From contig CM035351.1 in assembly GCA_020137815.1 (NCBI GenBank), forward strand, positions 6,262,001 to 6,326,000: a stretch of DNA of 64,000 nt. The letters are read 5' to 3'. Under the pieces are notes generated by a model, which saw only the letters and a list, made by a program, of their open reading frames with translations, was not told where the DNA came from and ran no database searches. Numbering within the stretch: position 1 is the first letter of the stretch; every line of letters starts with the position of its first letter. Shown here one piece after another: positions 38,064-51,288 of this stretch. The stretch comes from Hormiphora californensis. Its lineage: Eukaryota; Animalia; Ctenophora. The position numbers and the translations under genes are program-made.

Positions 38064-40289
38064 TATATCTCAGCTCTCTCTGTATCAAATTGTATATAAT
38101 GGGTAGCCCTTTTTGCGTTTTTTTGTTGTGTCTGAAGTGTGTTTCAGCACCCCATGTTTGCATGTATGTGAGTGTGTTTGTTTGCTAGTTTGTCTGTGTG
38201 TGTGTGTGTGTTTCACTCCTATCAAGTATGTGATATATTGGGTGCTGTGTGTGTGCGCTATATAGTTTTGTGTGTATTACATGGCTCCTATCTCGCATGG
38301 TATATATATCAGCTATATATCGTCCCTTCTGGACTGTGAAAACCGTTGTGTGATTAGTTTTTTATTTGCTCATCAAACATAAAGGACAATATACTACACA
38401 TGTGTGTATTGTTTGGTTAGCATATATACTGTTGTTTGTAAGATCTGGCAAGTGGAAAAGACACATATGTATTTCTAGATCTTGCCCGGTTAAATGTGTT
38501 TTTTGATATTTTTGTGTGTGAGTTTGACCAAAAGTCCCAGTTTGTTTTTGAAGAGAGTTAGTTACCGCAATGTATGCCAGGGAGCGATAGAGGATATTAT
38601 TTACTTGTGAGAAGATTAGTTTGTGAACTTTATTTGAAAAACAAAACCGCTCTCTGGCATACTATTTGGGACGTGTGTGTGGTCAAGTTTGCACACCGTG
38701 TCAACCCGAGCATCACCACTGCATTTTCTTTTGTGAAGGAACAATTCGGCGAAAGATTCTCCCTACAAGAAGCATAGTGCGGATACTCGGGTTTTGTTGT
38801 TTTCCCTCTCTGAGTTGTACTTGTTGTTTGCGAGAATGTGTTGGTGTGTGTTGGTGTTTGTGTGTGTGAATGTAGGAAGGTTTCACGGACTGTATATTAA
38901 GAGAGAGGTTCCTGACTGAGGTCCACCAGCCCCTGTCTCATGATTGCTAATGCGACGCAACAAGAGCTGTTAGTGGTCCCTTATGAGAGAGCAGGGCTGG
39001 TGTTTGTTACCGGGTGTCAGGGGCCTGCTGCATGCGTCCTAAACAGTGTGTGTGTGTTTATAAAGATGAGATGAGGTGGTAGCTGGGTATCCCAGAAAGA
39101 TTTTTGCTAAAAGTCGTAATATTTTGTGATCTGTAAGGAGTTCTGTAGTGTTGCTAGCTCGAGATTCTTGCTAGTCTGATATATGCAGTCTCCCCAAGGT
39201 AACCTGCATGTGAAACGAGTCTTGTCGTGATGCGATAAATTTTTTTTATTTTGGAACATTAAAACAAGTTTAATCAAAAACAATAAATATAAAATTACAC
39301 AAGATTAATCGTTTCAATTCTGCCCCTTTTTTTTAGAATGAAGTATTTGCAATTTTGGCGATTTTGAGTTATTTATACCATCTTGATCAGGAGAAAAAGA
39401 TCTACAAGATGGGCTAAGTCTCGTGTCTCAATCTTCAAAAAATAGAGTGAAGTGTTTTTTGTGAAGTACTTTTATTTTTGAAAAACTGCAGAAAAGTGAA
39501 GCAAATGGCAATTGCTTCGCTAATATAATTCGGAAATAAATACTGCTTCGTTAAACTTTTCTACCATAGAAGTAATAACCGCAGAAAAATTTGCTTCAGT
39601 TGTTTGCTTCATTTAAAAAATTCTATTGAAATACTTCAATCAGCTGCAGATTTTGTTTGAAGTATTGTCCACTCAGAAGATACTTCACTTCATTTACTTC
39701 AATTTGAAAATGCTTCATAAATCAGTTGCAGATTTTGTTTGAAGTATTTTCAAATCAGAAGATACTTCACTTCATTTACTTCAATTTGAAAATGCTTCAT
39801 AAATCTGTGGAATTCAAATGCTTCTTGTCGCATCCAGAAAAAATACTTCATAACTTAAGAATACTTCATTTTTTATTATAATATGTGCCATTTATAACAC
39901 AAGTCCGGCCAAATGAAGTAATTTCCAAGATTTGTTCTTTGCTGCAGCATCATCATGATGAAGGTCGAACGGAGGCGATCCCTATAATAATTATTCTATT
40001 CTGAGTAATTATAATTATCGTTCACATCTCGAATTACTCATCCTCACCGTCACAACTACGTCACTCCAATCTCATTCTTCGAACTTAGAACCCCACATTC
40101 AAAGGTAGCATTATGTTCCAGTACCGTACTGTCGTAACGACACAACACAACCAGTTGTTAGGTAACTCAACAAGTGGAGAAGAGATGTCTGGGGGCCGGG
40201 GTGATCATGATTCTGGGATTATCTCTATGTAAGAGTGTCACTCTGAGACAAAGAGAGAGAGACACCACAAACAGTGTTGTCAAACACTG

Positions 40290-41026
40290 ACCTCATAAGG
40301 TTTTATAAGTTATTGCCCTAGCGTTTGGTTTCAAATTTACATCATTCCGAAAGGCTAGGGGGCCAGCTGCAGCTGGTTTGAAAACGAGGGTTAGGAGGCA
40401 GGATGACCTGGGGAAGGGGGTGAGTTAGGAGGCAGGATGACCTAGGGAAGGGGGGTGAGTTAGGGGTCAGGATGACCTAGGGAAGGGGGGTGAGTTAGGA
40501 GGCAGGATGACCTGGGGAAGGGGGGTGAGTTAGGAGGCAGGATGACCTGGGGAAGGGGGTGAGTTAGGAGGCAGGATGACCTAGGGAAGGGGGGTGAGTT
40601 AGGAGGCAGGATGACCTGGGGAAGGGGGGTGAGTTAGGAGGCAGGATGACCTGGGGAAGGGGGTGAGTTAGGAGGCAGGATGACCTGGGGAAGGGGGGTG
40701 AGTGAGGGCCTGTCACCTTATATCCCTTTGTCACCCCTGTCACCTTATCTCCAATTGTAACCCCTGTCACTTTGCCTCCCATTGTAACCCCTGTCACTTT
40801 GCCTCCCACTGTCTCCCATGTCACTGAACTATCACACTCACGGGAATTTGAAATGTTTGTAAAAAATTAAAGAATACGGATACAAATCATCCAAATATTA
40901 ACAAAATATATTGTCATCTAACTGTTCTGTCCTTACATTCCCACACTCCTAGACAAATACTCCTCTTCGTGAATAACCCGAATGGAGACAATCTCACTCC
41001 CGTTCCCTCTCATCGATATTATCTCT
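40290..41026 (-). other. Candidate spliced exons inside the TIR element (40937-41026, 40290-40407, possibly a third below 40243)
   Basis: EIISMRGNGSEIVSIRVIHEEEYLSRSVG-at|gtaag joins in phase to cag|g-SSCLLTLVFKPAAAGPLAFRNDVNLKPNARAITYK. No family recognised. Confidence 0.4.
40390..40704 (-). repeat. 34-35-nt tandem repeat x9 spanning a 3' splice site
   Basis: Minus-strand unit GTCATCCTGCCTCCTAACTCACCCCCTTCCCCAG. Confidence 0.9.
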
Positions 41027-42759
41027 CTGTCAGACCCTTTCTCTATCTCTCAGCAACCGACCGGACCAAATAAACAACCAATCCGAGCTCATTATTCAGG
41101 TCACGTGACTGGTTATCAGCCAATCGATTGTTAAAACATGTAATGAACTGGCCTGTGTGTCTGTCTGTGTGTCTGTCTGTGATCTGTTTGTATGTCTGTG
41201 ATCTGTTTGTATGTCTGTCATATTTTATGAACACGGACCTGTGTAGAGGTCGGAAGAAAATTCTTGAATCTCCAATCTCCATGTTTCACTCTGATATTAC
41301 AAGCCGAACTCAACCAATTTCAAAGTATGACTCGTACCGGAACAGATTAATCTTCCAGATTTTATCTGCAGGTTCGTCTTAGTTTGAGGGTTGCCATAGC
41401 GTTTTTCTGTTTTCGCTCAATTTATCAGCACCATGATTTTAACATTCCGCCCGAAGGGCGGGCGGCCCATCTCTTTATGCTGCTGCAGGCTGCTGCAGGC
41501 TGCTGCAGTTGTAATTTGTGCGTCTGTTTGTCTGTGCGTCTGTTTGTCTGCAGCTGCTGCTCTGGAGTTACTTTCAAGACTAGCAAGAATTCTAACACAT
41601 TTTATACTTCACTGCGTGTTAAATGAAAATTAACTTCGTTTGTGATTTTATCCAAAATATTGAAGTAAGATTGCGATTTTGAAGCACATGTACACTTTTG
41701 TTCGATTAAGTTACTTTTAGGCATTTTGAATACAGTTCTGAAGAAGTATTTTTAGGAATGAAGTAATTACTGAAGTATATGCAAGTGAAGTACTTTTTAG
41801 GTGCTTTTGTTGCTATTATGATGAAGTATTTTTTTGAGTGAAGTAATTACTGAAGTATCTACCACGAAAAATTATGCTTCAGTCGATATCAGTCTAGCAA
41901 CGGAAGTATTTTCAAAACTGTAATATAAGTGAAGTAACCAACAGAGTAAGGCATCAATTTTGATGCCTGACATCAATTTGAGACAAATTTGATGATAGCT
42001 GATAATTGGAAGTCCTGCAGAATTCCTTCAGGATTCTTGTGGTATAAGTCATAAATCGTTTGACGTACTATTTGGGCTTCTATGACAATTTTAGTTCCGA
42101 AAAACCCTCTAAAAAACTTTAAAGTCGATTTTCTCGAAACTTAAAAAATGCAAATACTTCATTCTAAAAAAAAGGGGCAGAATTGGTATCTAAAACAAGC
42201 CTTAACTCAGTTAATTTCTCGATTACATCTCTCACTCTATGAGTTAAGGCTTGCAAAAGGATATTCGGTTCGGTTTCATCTAGTTCCTGTGCGAACCAAA
42301 CCCAAAAGTGAGTTCGAAACATGCCAAATTTGTCTTTTGAATTCACAGCAAGGCCAGGGTTAATGACGGAGCTGTTTGGATCTGTATGGCGGCGCCATAC
42401 CCCATTTGATTCTCAAATCGACAGTGCGCTCAGATGGGTCGCGGCGCCAGACAGGTTTGGATCGGGCATCCTCGCATCACCGGACCCCGTTCTGAATTTC
42501 GTACCTTCAGATTGGGTCTGCGGCGCAACAAAACCCGATCTGAGCCCCATCGGATTCTGAACGCATATCAGGATCTGGCAGCGCCCTCTGACTCCGCCCT
42601 CTGACTCCGTCACTCCGAGTCAGACTTGTACTGTCTGGTGTATCGCGTTGAGAATCAAAACGGGGACTGGCAACGCCAGACAGTACGGGTCTGAGTCGGA
42701 CTTGTACGGGACTGAGCCAGAGTCAGATGGTGCAGTGTGAGTGAGCGGTAAATGTTGCC

Positions 42760-43180
42760 TTGATTTGGACACAATTTTTACAGCTTTGGTCATAACTCAT
42801 CCATTTCTTGGCCAAATTGACAATCTTGGGCTCGTTGGAAAGAGCTGTCAGAGAATTAGCTTGCCCCTATTCTCATTTCTTTCGCGTGAGAACTGTGGTC
42901 AGAGCTGAGTATTTGCCTGTGTTCAGAGCATTGGCCTGACAGGGAAAGAGGGCATTCATGAGTTCTTTCAGTTTCCGGAGACTCTCCGGGAGAGTTCAAA
43001 AAAATGAAAAAATTGGTGCAAAATGTGCGGAGTTATGGCGTAAAAAGTGTAAAACGCACATTTTGCGCCATAAAGAATTCAATGCCCTCTTTCCAAAGAG
43101 CCCAAGATTGTGCAATTTGGCCAAGAAATGGAATTGGATGAGTTATGACCACAACTGTAAAAAATGTGTCCAAATCAAGC
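42760..43180. mobile_element. MITE-like element with ~85-bp imperfect TIRs amid palindromic dispersed repeats (gtcagagcattggcctgac family)
   Basis: ttgatttggacaca...ttggaaagag versus ctctttccaa...tgtgtccaaatcaa. Confidence 0.6.
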
Positions 43181-44088
43181 TTGATTTGGGCACATCTGAG
43201 CGCACTATCACCCATCTGAGCGCACTATCGAGAATCAAATTGGGGTATGGGCGCCGCCATACAGATCAAGGCAACATTTACCGCATACCGAGTCAGACAA
43301 CAGACTTGTTATTGTACGAGTCAGCTCCGGTACTGTCAGAGCATTGGCCTGACCCATTCTCGTTTCTCTCGGAGCGCGCGAGAACTGTGGTCAGAGCATT
43401 GGCCTGACAGCTCCGGTATTGGCTGCCTTCTTCCTGTGAAATTGTTCCTGTATTCATGTGACTAAAGAAAACAGCTCAGTTTACAAAATCTACATAATAG
43501 ACACAATTAAAATTAACAATGCAAATATTTCCAGACATAATGTGCATTCATCACTCTCACAGGCGTTTAGAACGGTACTATACTCTCTCTCCTCAGTCGG
43601 TAGGGCTTGAGTTCTAGTCGGGTATATAGACCTGTCAGAGCATTGACCTACTTGTGTAAAACATTTCATGGATTGGCTGTCAGGCCAATGCTCTGACCAC
43701 AGTTCTCGCTTTGAGAGAAATGCAAGAATAGGGTTCTCGCTTTGAGAGAAATGAGAATAGGGTCAGGCCAATGCTCTGACAGTGGATTAGTCCGGTAGAC
43801 AGCTGTCAGTGTCACAGGGGTAGTCACTGTCAGTAGTTACCACAATCGTCAGCAGTTACTACAATTGTGTATTATTGCGCAGTGTATGGAATCCTGGATC
43901 AAAGCATTGTATCAGTACAGATAAACTGTCAGTTGGGCACGTCGGGCCCCGCTGTTTAGACATCGCACTAACAACGGGGAAATAACATTTCATCTACAAA
44001 TGCACCTGTTTCTGACAGTGCGCTCAGATGGGGCGCCACATTAAAAACACACTCATAGTCATCATCTCTTCTATAAAACTAGAAGATC

Positions 44089-47000
44089 TCAATTACAGAG
44101 TGGCCCGCGTTGTAAAAAAGGGTTCGGTGTATTGGGAGTAAGGGACTGTACAAAACTACTAAACATCTGAGTCCTGGAAATATGCCAAACAAACTCGGAA
44201 TTCTGACCCGCACCCTCCATAAACCCGTGCTGATCGATCACCGACTCTCCCGACTCAGAAAATGTCACATGAGCATAGTAGTGACCCATCATGTCACTCA
44301 TCATCTCAAAAAACATGTCCCCAATTTCAATTGTCTGTCGGGAATCAGGATCAGCCTTGACCATTTTCTTTTTAAAGGATTTCAAGTTGGCGAGGAACTT
44401 TTTCCGGGTCTTCTTGTTGAATGGTATGTCGGTGAAGTTGGGACGTTTCACCATCCTCTTTTCAGATATATAGACCGTGTTACACTCGTCATCCAGAGCT
44501 TCTTCGTCCAGCTCCTTCGAGTGCTAGGGATGGGAGACAGTGTGGTTATTGCTAGGCGGGAGACACAATGGTTAGGACTGGAGGAGTGCTGGGAGGGAGA
44601 CAGTGTGGTTAGGACTGGATGAGTGCTAGGGATGGGAGACAGTGTGGTTAGGACTGGAGGAGTGCTAGGGAGGGAGACAGTGTGGTTATTGCTGGAGGAG
44701 TGCTAGGGATGGGAGATGTAGTGGTTAGGACTGGGAGGGAGATGTAGTGGTTAGGGCTGGGAGGGAGATGTAGTGGTTAGGACTGGGAGGGAGATGTAGT
44801 GGTTAGGGCTGGGAGGGAGATGTAGTGGTTAGGACTGGGAGGGAGATGTAGTGGTTAGGGCTGGGAGGGAGATGTAGTGGTTAGGACTGGGAGGGAGATG
44901 TAGTGGTTAGGGCTGGGAGGGAGATGTAGTGGTTAGGGCTGGGAGGGAGATGTAGTGGTTAGGGCTGGGAGGGAGATGTAGTGGTTAGGGCTGGGAGGGA
45001 GATGTAGTGGTTAGGACTGGGAGGGAGATGTAGTGGTTAGGGCTGGGAGGGAGATGTAGTGGTTAGGGCTGGGAGGGAGATGTAGTGGTTAGGACTGGGA
45101 GGGAGATGTAGTGGTTAGGGCTGGGAGGGAGATGTAGTGGTTAGGGCTGGGAGGGAGATGTAGTGGTTAGGGCTGGGAGGGAGATGTAGTGGTTAGGGCT
45201 GGGAGGGAGATGTAGTGGTTAGGACTGGGAGGGAGATGTAGTGGTTAGGGCTGGGAGGGAGATGTAGTGGTTAGGGCTGGGAGGGAGATGTAGTGGTTAG
45301 GGCTGGGACGGGAGATGTAGTGGTTAGGACTGGGAGGGAGATGTAGTGGTTAGGGCTGGGAGGGAGATGTAGTGGTTAGGGCTGGGAGGGAGATGTAGTG
45401 GTTAGGGCTGGGAGGGAGATGTAGTGGTTAGGACTGGGAGGGAGATGTAGTGGTTAGGGCTGGGAGGGAGATGTAGTGGTTAGGGCTGGGAGGGAGATGT
45501 AGTGGTTAGGACTGGGAGGGAGATGTAGTGGTTAGGGCTGGGAGGGAGATGTAGTGGTTAGGACTGGGAGGGAGATGTAGTGGTTAGGGCTGGGAGGGAG
45601 ATGTAGTGGTTAGGGCTGGGAGGGAGATGTAGTGGTTAGGGCTGGGAGGGAGATGTAGTGGTTAGGGCTGGGAGGGAGATGTAGTGGTTAGGACTGGGAT
45701 GGGAGATGTAGTGGTTAGGGCTGGGAGGGAGATGTAGTGGTTAGGACTGGGATGGGAGATGTAGTGGTTAGGGCTGGGAGGGAGATGTAGTGGTTAGGGC
45801 TGGGAGGGAGATGTAGTGGTTAGGACTGGGATGGGAGATGTAGTGGTTAGGACTGGGAGGGAGATGTAGTGGTTAGGGCTGGGAGGGAGATGTAGTGGTT
45901 AGGACTGGGAGGGAGATGTAGTGGTTAGGACTGGGAGGGAGATGTAGTGGTTAGGACTGGGAGGGAGATGTAGTGGTTAGGGCTGGGAGGGAGATGTAGT
46001 GGTTAGGGCTGGGAGGGAGATGTAGTGGTTAGGACTGGGAGGGAGACAGTGTGGTTAGGACTGTTAGAACTGAATGAGTTAGAGATGGTATTTAGGGGGT
46101 TCGGCCAATCACTATGGGCCTCAGAGCGTTAAGCAGTTACAGTAGCAGTAAGCGGAGCGTGGTTAAAAGGTCGCTGTCTGGCGACGCCGACCTAACCTGA
46201 GCGCACTGCCTCTTTTGAGAATCAAAACGGGGTCTGGCGGTGCTAGACAGAAAGGTTGGGTATTGGAAATCACTTCATGATTTGAGAAACTAGACCACAA
46301 CCATGATTTGTGGTGTCTATGTCACCAGGTGTCTATATCACCAGGTGTCTATATCACCAGGTGTCTATGTCACCAGGTGTCTATATCACCAGGTGTCTAT
46401 ATCACCAGGTGTCTATATCACCAGGTGTCTATATCACCAGGTGTCTATATCACCAGGTGTCTATATCACCAGGTGTCTATGTCACCAGGTGTCTATATCA
46501 CCAGGTGTCTATATCACCAGGTGTCTATATCACCAGGTGTCTATGTCACCAGGTGTCTATGTCACCAGGTGTCTATGTCACCAGGTGTCTATGTCACCAG
46601 GTGTCTATGTCACCAGGTGTCTATATCACCAGGTGTCTATGTCACCAGGTGTCTATGTCACCAGGTGTCTATGTCACCAGGTGTCTATGTCACCAGGTGT
46701 CTATGTCACCAGGTGTCTATGTCACCAGGTGTCTATGTCACCAGGTGTCTATATCACCAGGTGTCTATGTCACCAGGTGTCTATATCACCAGGTGTCTAT
46801 ATCACCAGGTGTCTATGTCACCAGGTGTCTATATCACCAGGTGTCTATGTCACCAGGTGTCTATATCACCAGGTGTCTATGTCACCAGGTGTCTATATCA
46901 CCAGGTGTCTATATCACCAGGTGTCTTTGTCACCAGGTGTCTATATCACCAGGTGTCTATATCACCAGGTGTCTATATCACCAGGTGTCTATATCACCAG

Positions 47001-50000
47001 GTGTCCATGTCACCAGGTGTCTATATCACCAGGTGTCTATATCACCAGGTGTCTATGTCACCAGGTGTCTATATCACCAGGTGTCTATATCACCAGGTGT
47101 CTATATCACCAGGTGTCTATATCACCAGGTGTCTATGTCACCAGGTGTCTATATCACCAGGTGTCTATGTCACCAGGTGTCTATATCACCAGGTGTCTAT
47201 ATCACCAGGTGTCTATATCACCAGGTGTCTATATCACCAGGTGTCTATATCACCAGGTGTCTATATCACCAGGTGTCTATATCACCAGGTGTCTATATCA
47301 CCAGGTGTCTATGTCACCAGGTGTCTATGTCACCAGGTGTCTATGTCACCAGGTGTCTATGTCACCAGGTGTCTATGTCACCAGGTGTCTATGTCACCAG
47401 GTGTCTATGTCACCAGGTGTCTATGTCACCAGGTGTCTATGTCACCAGGTGTCTATATCACCAGGTTTCTATATCACCAGGTGTCTATGTCACCAGGTGT
47501 CTATGTCACCAGGTGTCTATATCACCAGGTGTCTATGTCACCAGGTGTCTATATCACCAGGTGTCTATGTCACCAGGTTTCTATATCACCAGGTTTCTAT
47601 GTCACCACAACCATGTTGAACCTGTCCGGCGCCGCGAGACCCCGTGTTGATACTCAAGATCGGTTCAGTGCCACCAGACCTGTCAGGCCAATGCTCAGAC
47701 AGTGTTGAACTGCATATACCTGTTTGAGAATCCCAATGACGAATGGAACGGGGGAGGAAGTGGCATCAAGTATTTCCTGTGGCAGTACCGGGATATAGAT
47801 TCCTTGCCATTGCAGGGGGTGCAACAGCTTGCATTATGGAGTGGATCACTGTAGTCAGGTCAGCCAGGTTCTCTGCTACAAACAGGATCTGAAGGGGGTG
47901 GGGGTTAGATCAGGATATACAGTATATACTTGGGTCTTGGGACCGTTACATGAGGTGGGGGGTGGGGGTTAGATCAGGATATATATTTGGGACCTTTATG
48001 TAAATAAAGGTCTGACTGTTTATCTGTCAGTGTTGGTTGGTTGACATATTATCTTGGTTGACATTGATAAAGAGGGATGAGGGTGGATGGGGGAAGAAGA
48101 AGAGGGGAGTGGGAAGGGTTCTGTTGAATTGTTCATACACAGTGCCAGGCGACTCCAGGGTTCTGGGGGGGGGTTTATACCTTTCTCTCCACAAGGAGGT
48201 TAATGAATATCTCCAGGAGGAGTTTGGCCCCCAACCTACTCAGCACGTCCACCAGATCTACATTTTCAAGTCTTTGTTCTGCAGTGGCTCTCTCCACTGA
48301 ATGGGATACTAGACTACCAACCTGCAATGAGCAATGTGTACTGGGATCTGGAGTGGGCTGCATCAGCGTCATACCTGACAGGGTTTATGTACACACTGCC
48401 ACAATAGACTGATTGACTAATAAGGAGTAGAGAAAGACCATGTGTTTTGTAAGGAACTTGATGAAATTTGCTATGTACAGTCGGACCCCGATTTAGTGGC
48501 ATCCTCGGGGGAAAAATCCTGCCACTAAATCGGGGTGCCACTAAATCGGGGTCCGACTGTATTACAATGAACTCTAGATCAAGATGAGAATTACCTGAGG
48601 ATTGATGTACTGAATAGAAAGGGTGAGACCGGCTTTGGGAGCCCTCTCTTCAATCAGTGCCTTTAGAAAAGCGTAAGCACCAGCACTGTTGTAGTTTCGT
48701 AACTCTACCACCTGAATAATTGTCAGAAGGGTAACTACCAAGGGGTAAACGAGGGGGTGTTTTGTTCAAACCTTGGAGAAAAGATCAAGGCATCCGAGGG
48801 GAACAATAATACGTCATGTGAACTGATACAAGCACTGGAAAGTACCTTGTCAAATATTTTGGAGAAAGTTTCGAAACTCCGAAGTTTGGTCACCATACAC
48901 AACACAACCGGATACCGCCTGCCTGGATCCTTACTGGAAGGTAAAAACCGCCGACAATAGCCAAACTTGTTCTGAGAGATGATGAAGGTTACAGATCAAT
49001 TAGCTTAGGTACAGCAGAAGGTTTTAGATCTATCTTTATACAATTCCAATACTACAGGTCATAAGGCCTGGGTGTTTTCTGTTTTACCTGTGCTTGTAGG
49101 TCTGTAAAAACAAAGCAGTAAGTTTCAGTTTTCATCTTTTTTACAGGCTCCACTAGGTCAATATCAGGGAAACAGAATATCGGTAGACTTTGCACTGAAA
49201 TGAGGTGATATAAAATATTGGTCAACGAGCTGATTCTAGAACTAATTGTAGGAGACTTGGATTTAGTAGAAAGTTGGGATGGATTCCACCACTCAAATGC
49301 ATAGTAGACACATCTTTGGAAGAATGCTGGATGGCAATGCCCAGACTGCCGTGTTTTCCTTGTGGTGATACCACTGGTGTTACTTGTTATCGAAGACACC
49401 TCACACCCCTAGCTCAGGTCGCCGGGCGACCTTCGCGCGTGCTGGCAAGGGGTAACTTAGCTTCGTAACCAATGGTGTTACCTGAGTCAGATGCGTTATC
49501 ATCTTGTAGCACTCTAAGAGGAGGATGACTCCAACTGATATAGGGGCAAATCTGCTCTCCCTTTCCACGGATAGACACCTCACAGACAAACTCAAATATT
49601 GGGAAGTCTTCTCTCTCGTCGCTTTGTACCTACAATTGTATATTGTGGTGAATTATTCACTGAATATTGAATTGTTAACATTTTGTGAGGCTGTGCTCCA
49701 AATTCTTGTGACTTGTCTACCAACAACACGGCCCCATTCAACAACTTGTTGTCACATATTGTGTGAATCACCTTTATTATTATAATTACCTTACAGTTTC
49801 AACTTTTTTCAACTCCTTCAATCTGTTCCCTAGAAGTTTAGGGGCGTCGGTACACCTCTGTTCCTCTAGCAGCCTCAAACTACTCGTATTATCGGTCTCC
49901 GAACTTTCTGCAAATATAATTTGTTGATATTACACCAGGGAATATCTCTTACTGTCACATATAGTACGTGAAAGTAAGGGAGGGATGGAGAGATATTCCC

Positions 50001-50313
50001 AGATGAACTCAGAGTTGATCAGAGTCGACGCTCTCAGTGCAGACCGCATGATTCTACGTTCATATAATAGACCGTAGTATGTACAATTTACATGTTGATG
50101 TATTCCCATCGTTCGAATTTTAAGTATAGAACCTCAATTAGAATAATTATGGGAATTTTATGTCATATAAGTACAGTTGGATTTTAGAAAGTCATTACCT
50201 GATGTTTTGCTGGGTCTTCTGCTCTTGGTAACTCCAGACCTCATACTGTTGTATAAGTGAGATATCCTGTTCTTCTTTTTCCCCTGGTCTCCTCCACCAT
50301 CTTTTGAACCTCC
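44089..50313 (-). CDS. DENN domain Rab GEF, DENND2/ST5 family, multi-exon; 5' end uncertain
   Basis: Exons give PIFEFVCEVSI, LPIFCFPD...TETYCFVFTD, KFGYCRRFLPS...YPVVLCMVT, RLENVDL...IFINLLVERK|ILFVAENL, LLHPLQWQGIYIPVLP...SSPVPFVIG (1-nt insertion at about 47829) and a last exon 44089-44523 with dDENN FF..M.GHY...TQMFSSFV. Confidence 0.85.
44519..46045 (-). repeat. Acceptor-derived minisatellite: several ~37-39-nt units, then about 50 26-nt units
   Basis: Minus unit (t/c)CCTAACcactacatctccctccCAG; the first units also include the exon's first bases (tag|cactc). Confidence 0.95.
46313..47607. repeat. 16-nt minisatellite (caccaggtgtctat[a/g]t), about 80 copies
   Basis: Near-perfect array with one dimorphic position, flanked by direct repeat accacaaccatg (46294-46305 and 47604-47615). 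Confidence 0.97.
48478..48559. mobile_element. Same MITE family, copy 2 (DENND2 intron)
   Basis: Same TIRs with flanking TA. Confidence 0.85.
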
Positions 50314-50700
50314 CTGTGAGAGATAGAGATATAGAAATTAGCTTTGTTTTTCAAATATATATTGACCCCCGACCTCTCTCACGACTCACACACACTCTCC
50401 CTCTCTCTATCTCTCAGTTTCAGTCTTGCACACACTATCTCTCTCCCCTCTGATCTCATTCTCAAGTCACTACTCCAATGATTTGAATTCAATAAACACA
50501 ATTTCATACCGCCAAATTTAAATTTCTCATTCCTAATGACTTAATGGGTTCAATTTCTAAGAGAGAAGATTACGGTGGGTTTTTAGCAACTAAAATTGCC
50601 CTCCCTCTCTGTGTAGAGTTGGCCAACTCAATTTAATTCTTCGGATGCTTGTGTATAAGGATTTAATGAGAGAAACGCAGACAGGAAAAACTTACAGAGA

Positions 50701-50781
<81 letters not shown>

Positions 50782-51056
50782 CGAAAGTAGAAGTAGAACA
50801 TACAGAAATACGCGTTAGTGTCTGCTAGACGACTGTGTTATTTGTACGTGGCATAACTGGGATAGTAGGAAGTGTGCGGTCGATTTTGTTTTGGTTATGT
50901 CTGAACTCGGAAGTTTTTTGTTTAATTATCGTTTAATAATAGATTTTTCAGAATCTCTCTCTCACTCCCTCTCTGTATCAATTACTACTTGTGAGGTTTT
51001 GTAATTCATGACTCGTCGCAGAACTTTATGACTACACCCCCTCTACATCTACTATC

Positions 51057-51162
<106 letters not shown>

Positions 51163-51288
51163 GTCTCCGTTTAAGAAATTCTGCGTAATTATACTGGTTG
51201 AATATTGGCATATTAGTGCGTTGCACATGAGGCTAATATTATCGATTTGATAGTAGCTGCTGATTTTGTCGACTGAAGATTGTTTGAA

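Larger units (their letters stand above)
39320..42180. mobile_element. 2.86-kb TIR element with AATT TSD (Sola1-like target) and subterminal tgaagta/tacttca motif arrays, carrying exon-like cargo
   Basis: AATT|ctgccccttttttttagaatgaagtatttgca ... tgcaaatacttcattctaaaaaaaaggggcag|AATT. Confidence 0.8.

Noticed and set aside
44704-46045. Telomeric repeat (TTAGGG present in units)
   Set aside because: Only one hexamer per 26-nt unit and only in some variants; it is the reverse complement of the CCCTAA branch motif.
46303-47708. Three long ORFs (438-466 aa)
   Set aside because: Artefacts of a stop-free 16-nt minisatellite antisense within a DENND2 intron.
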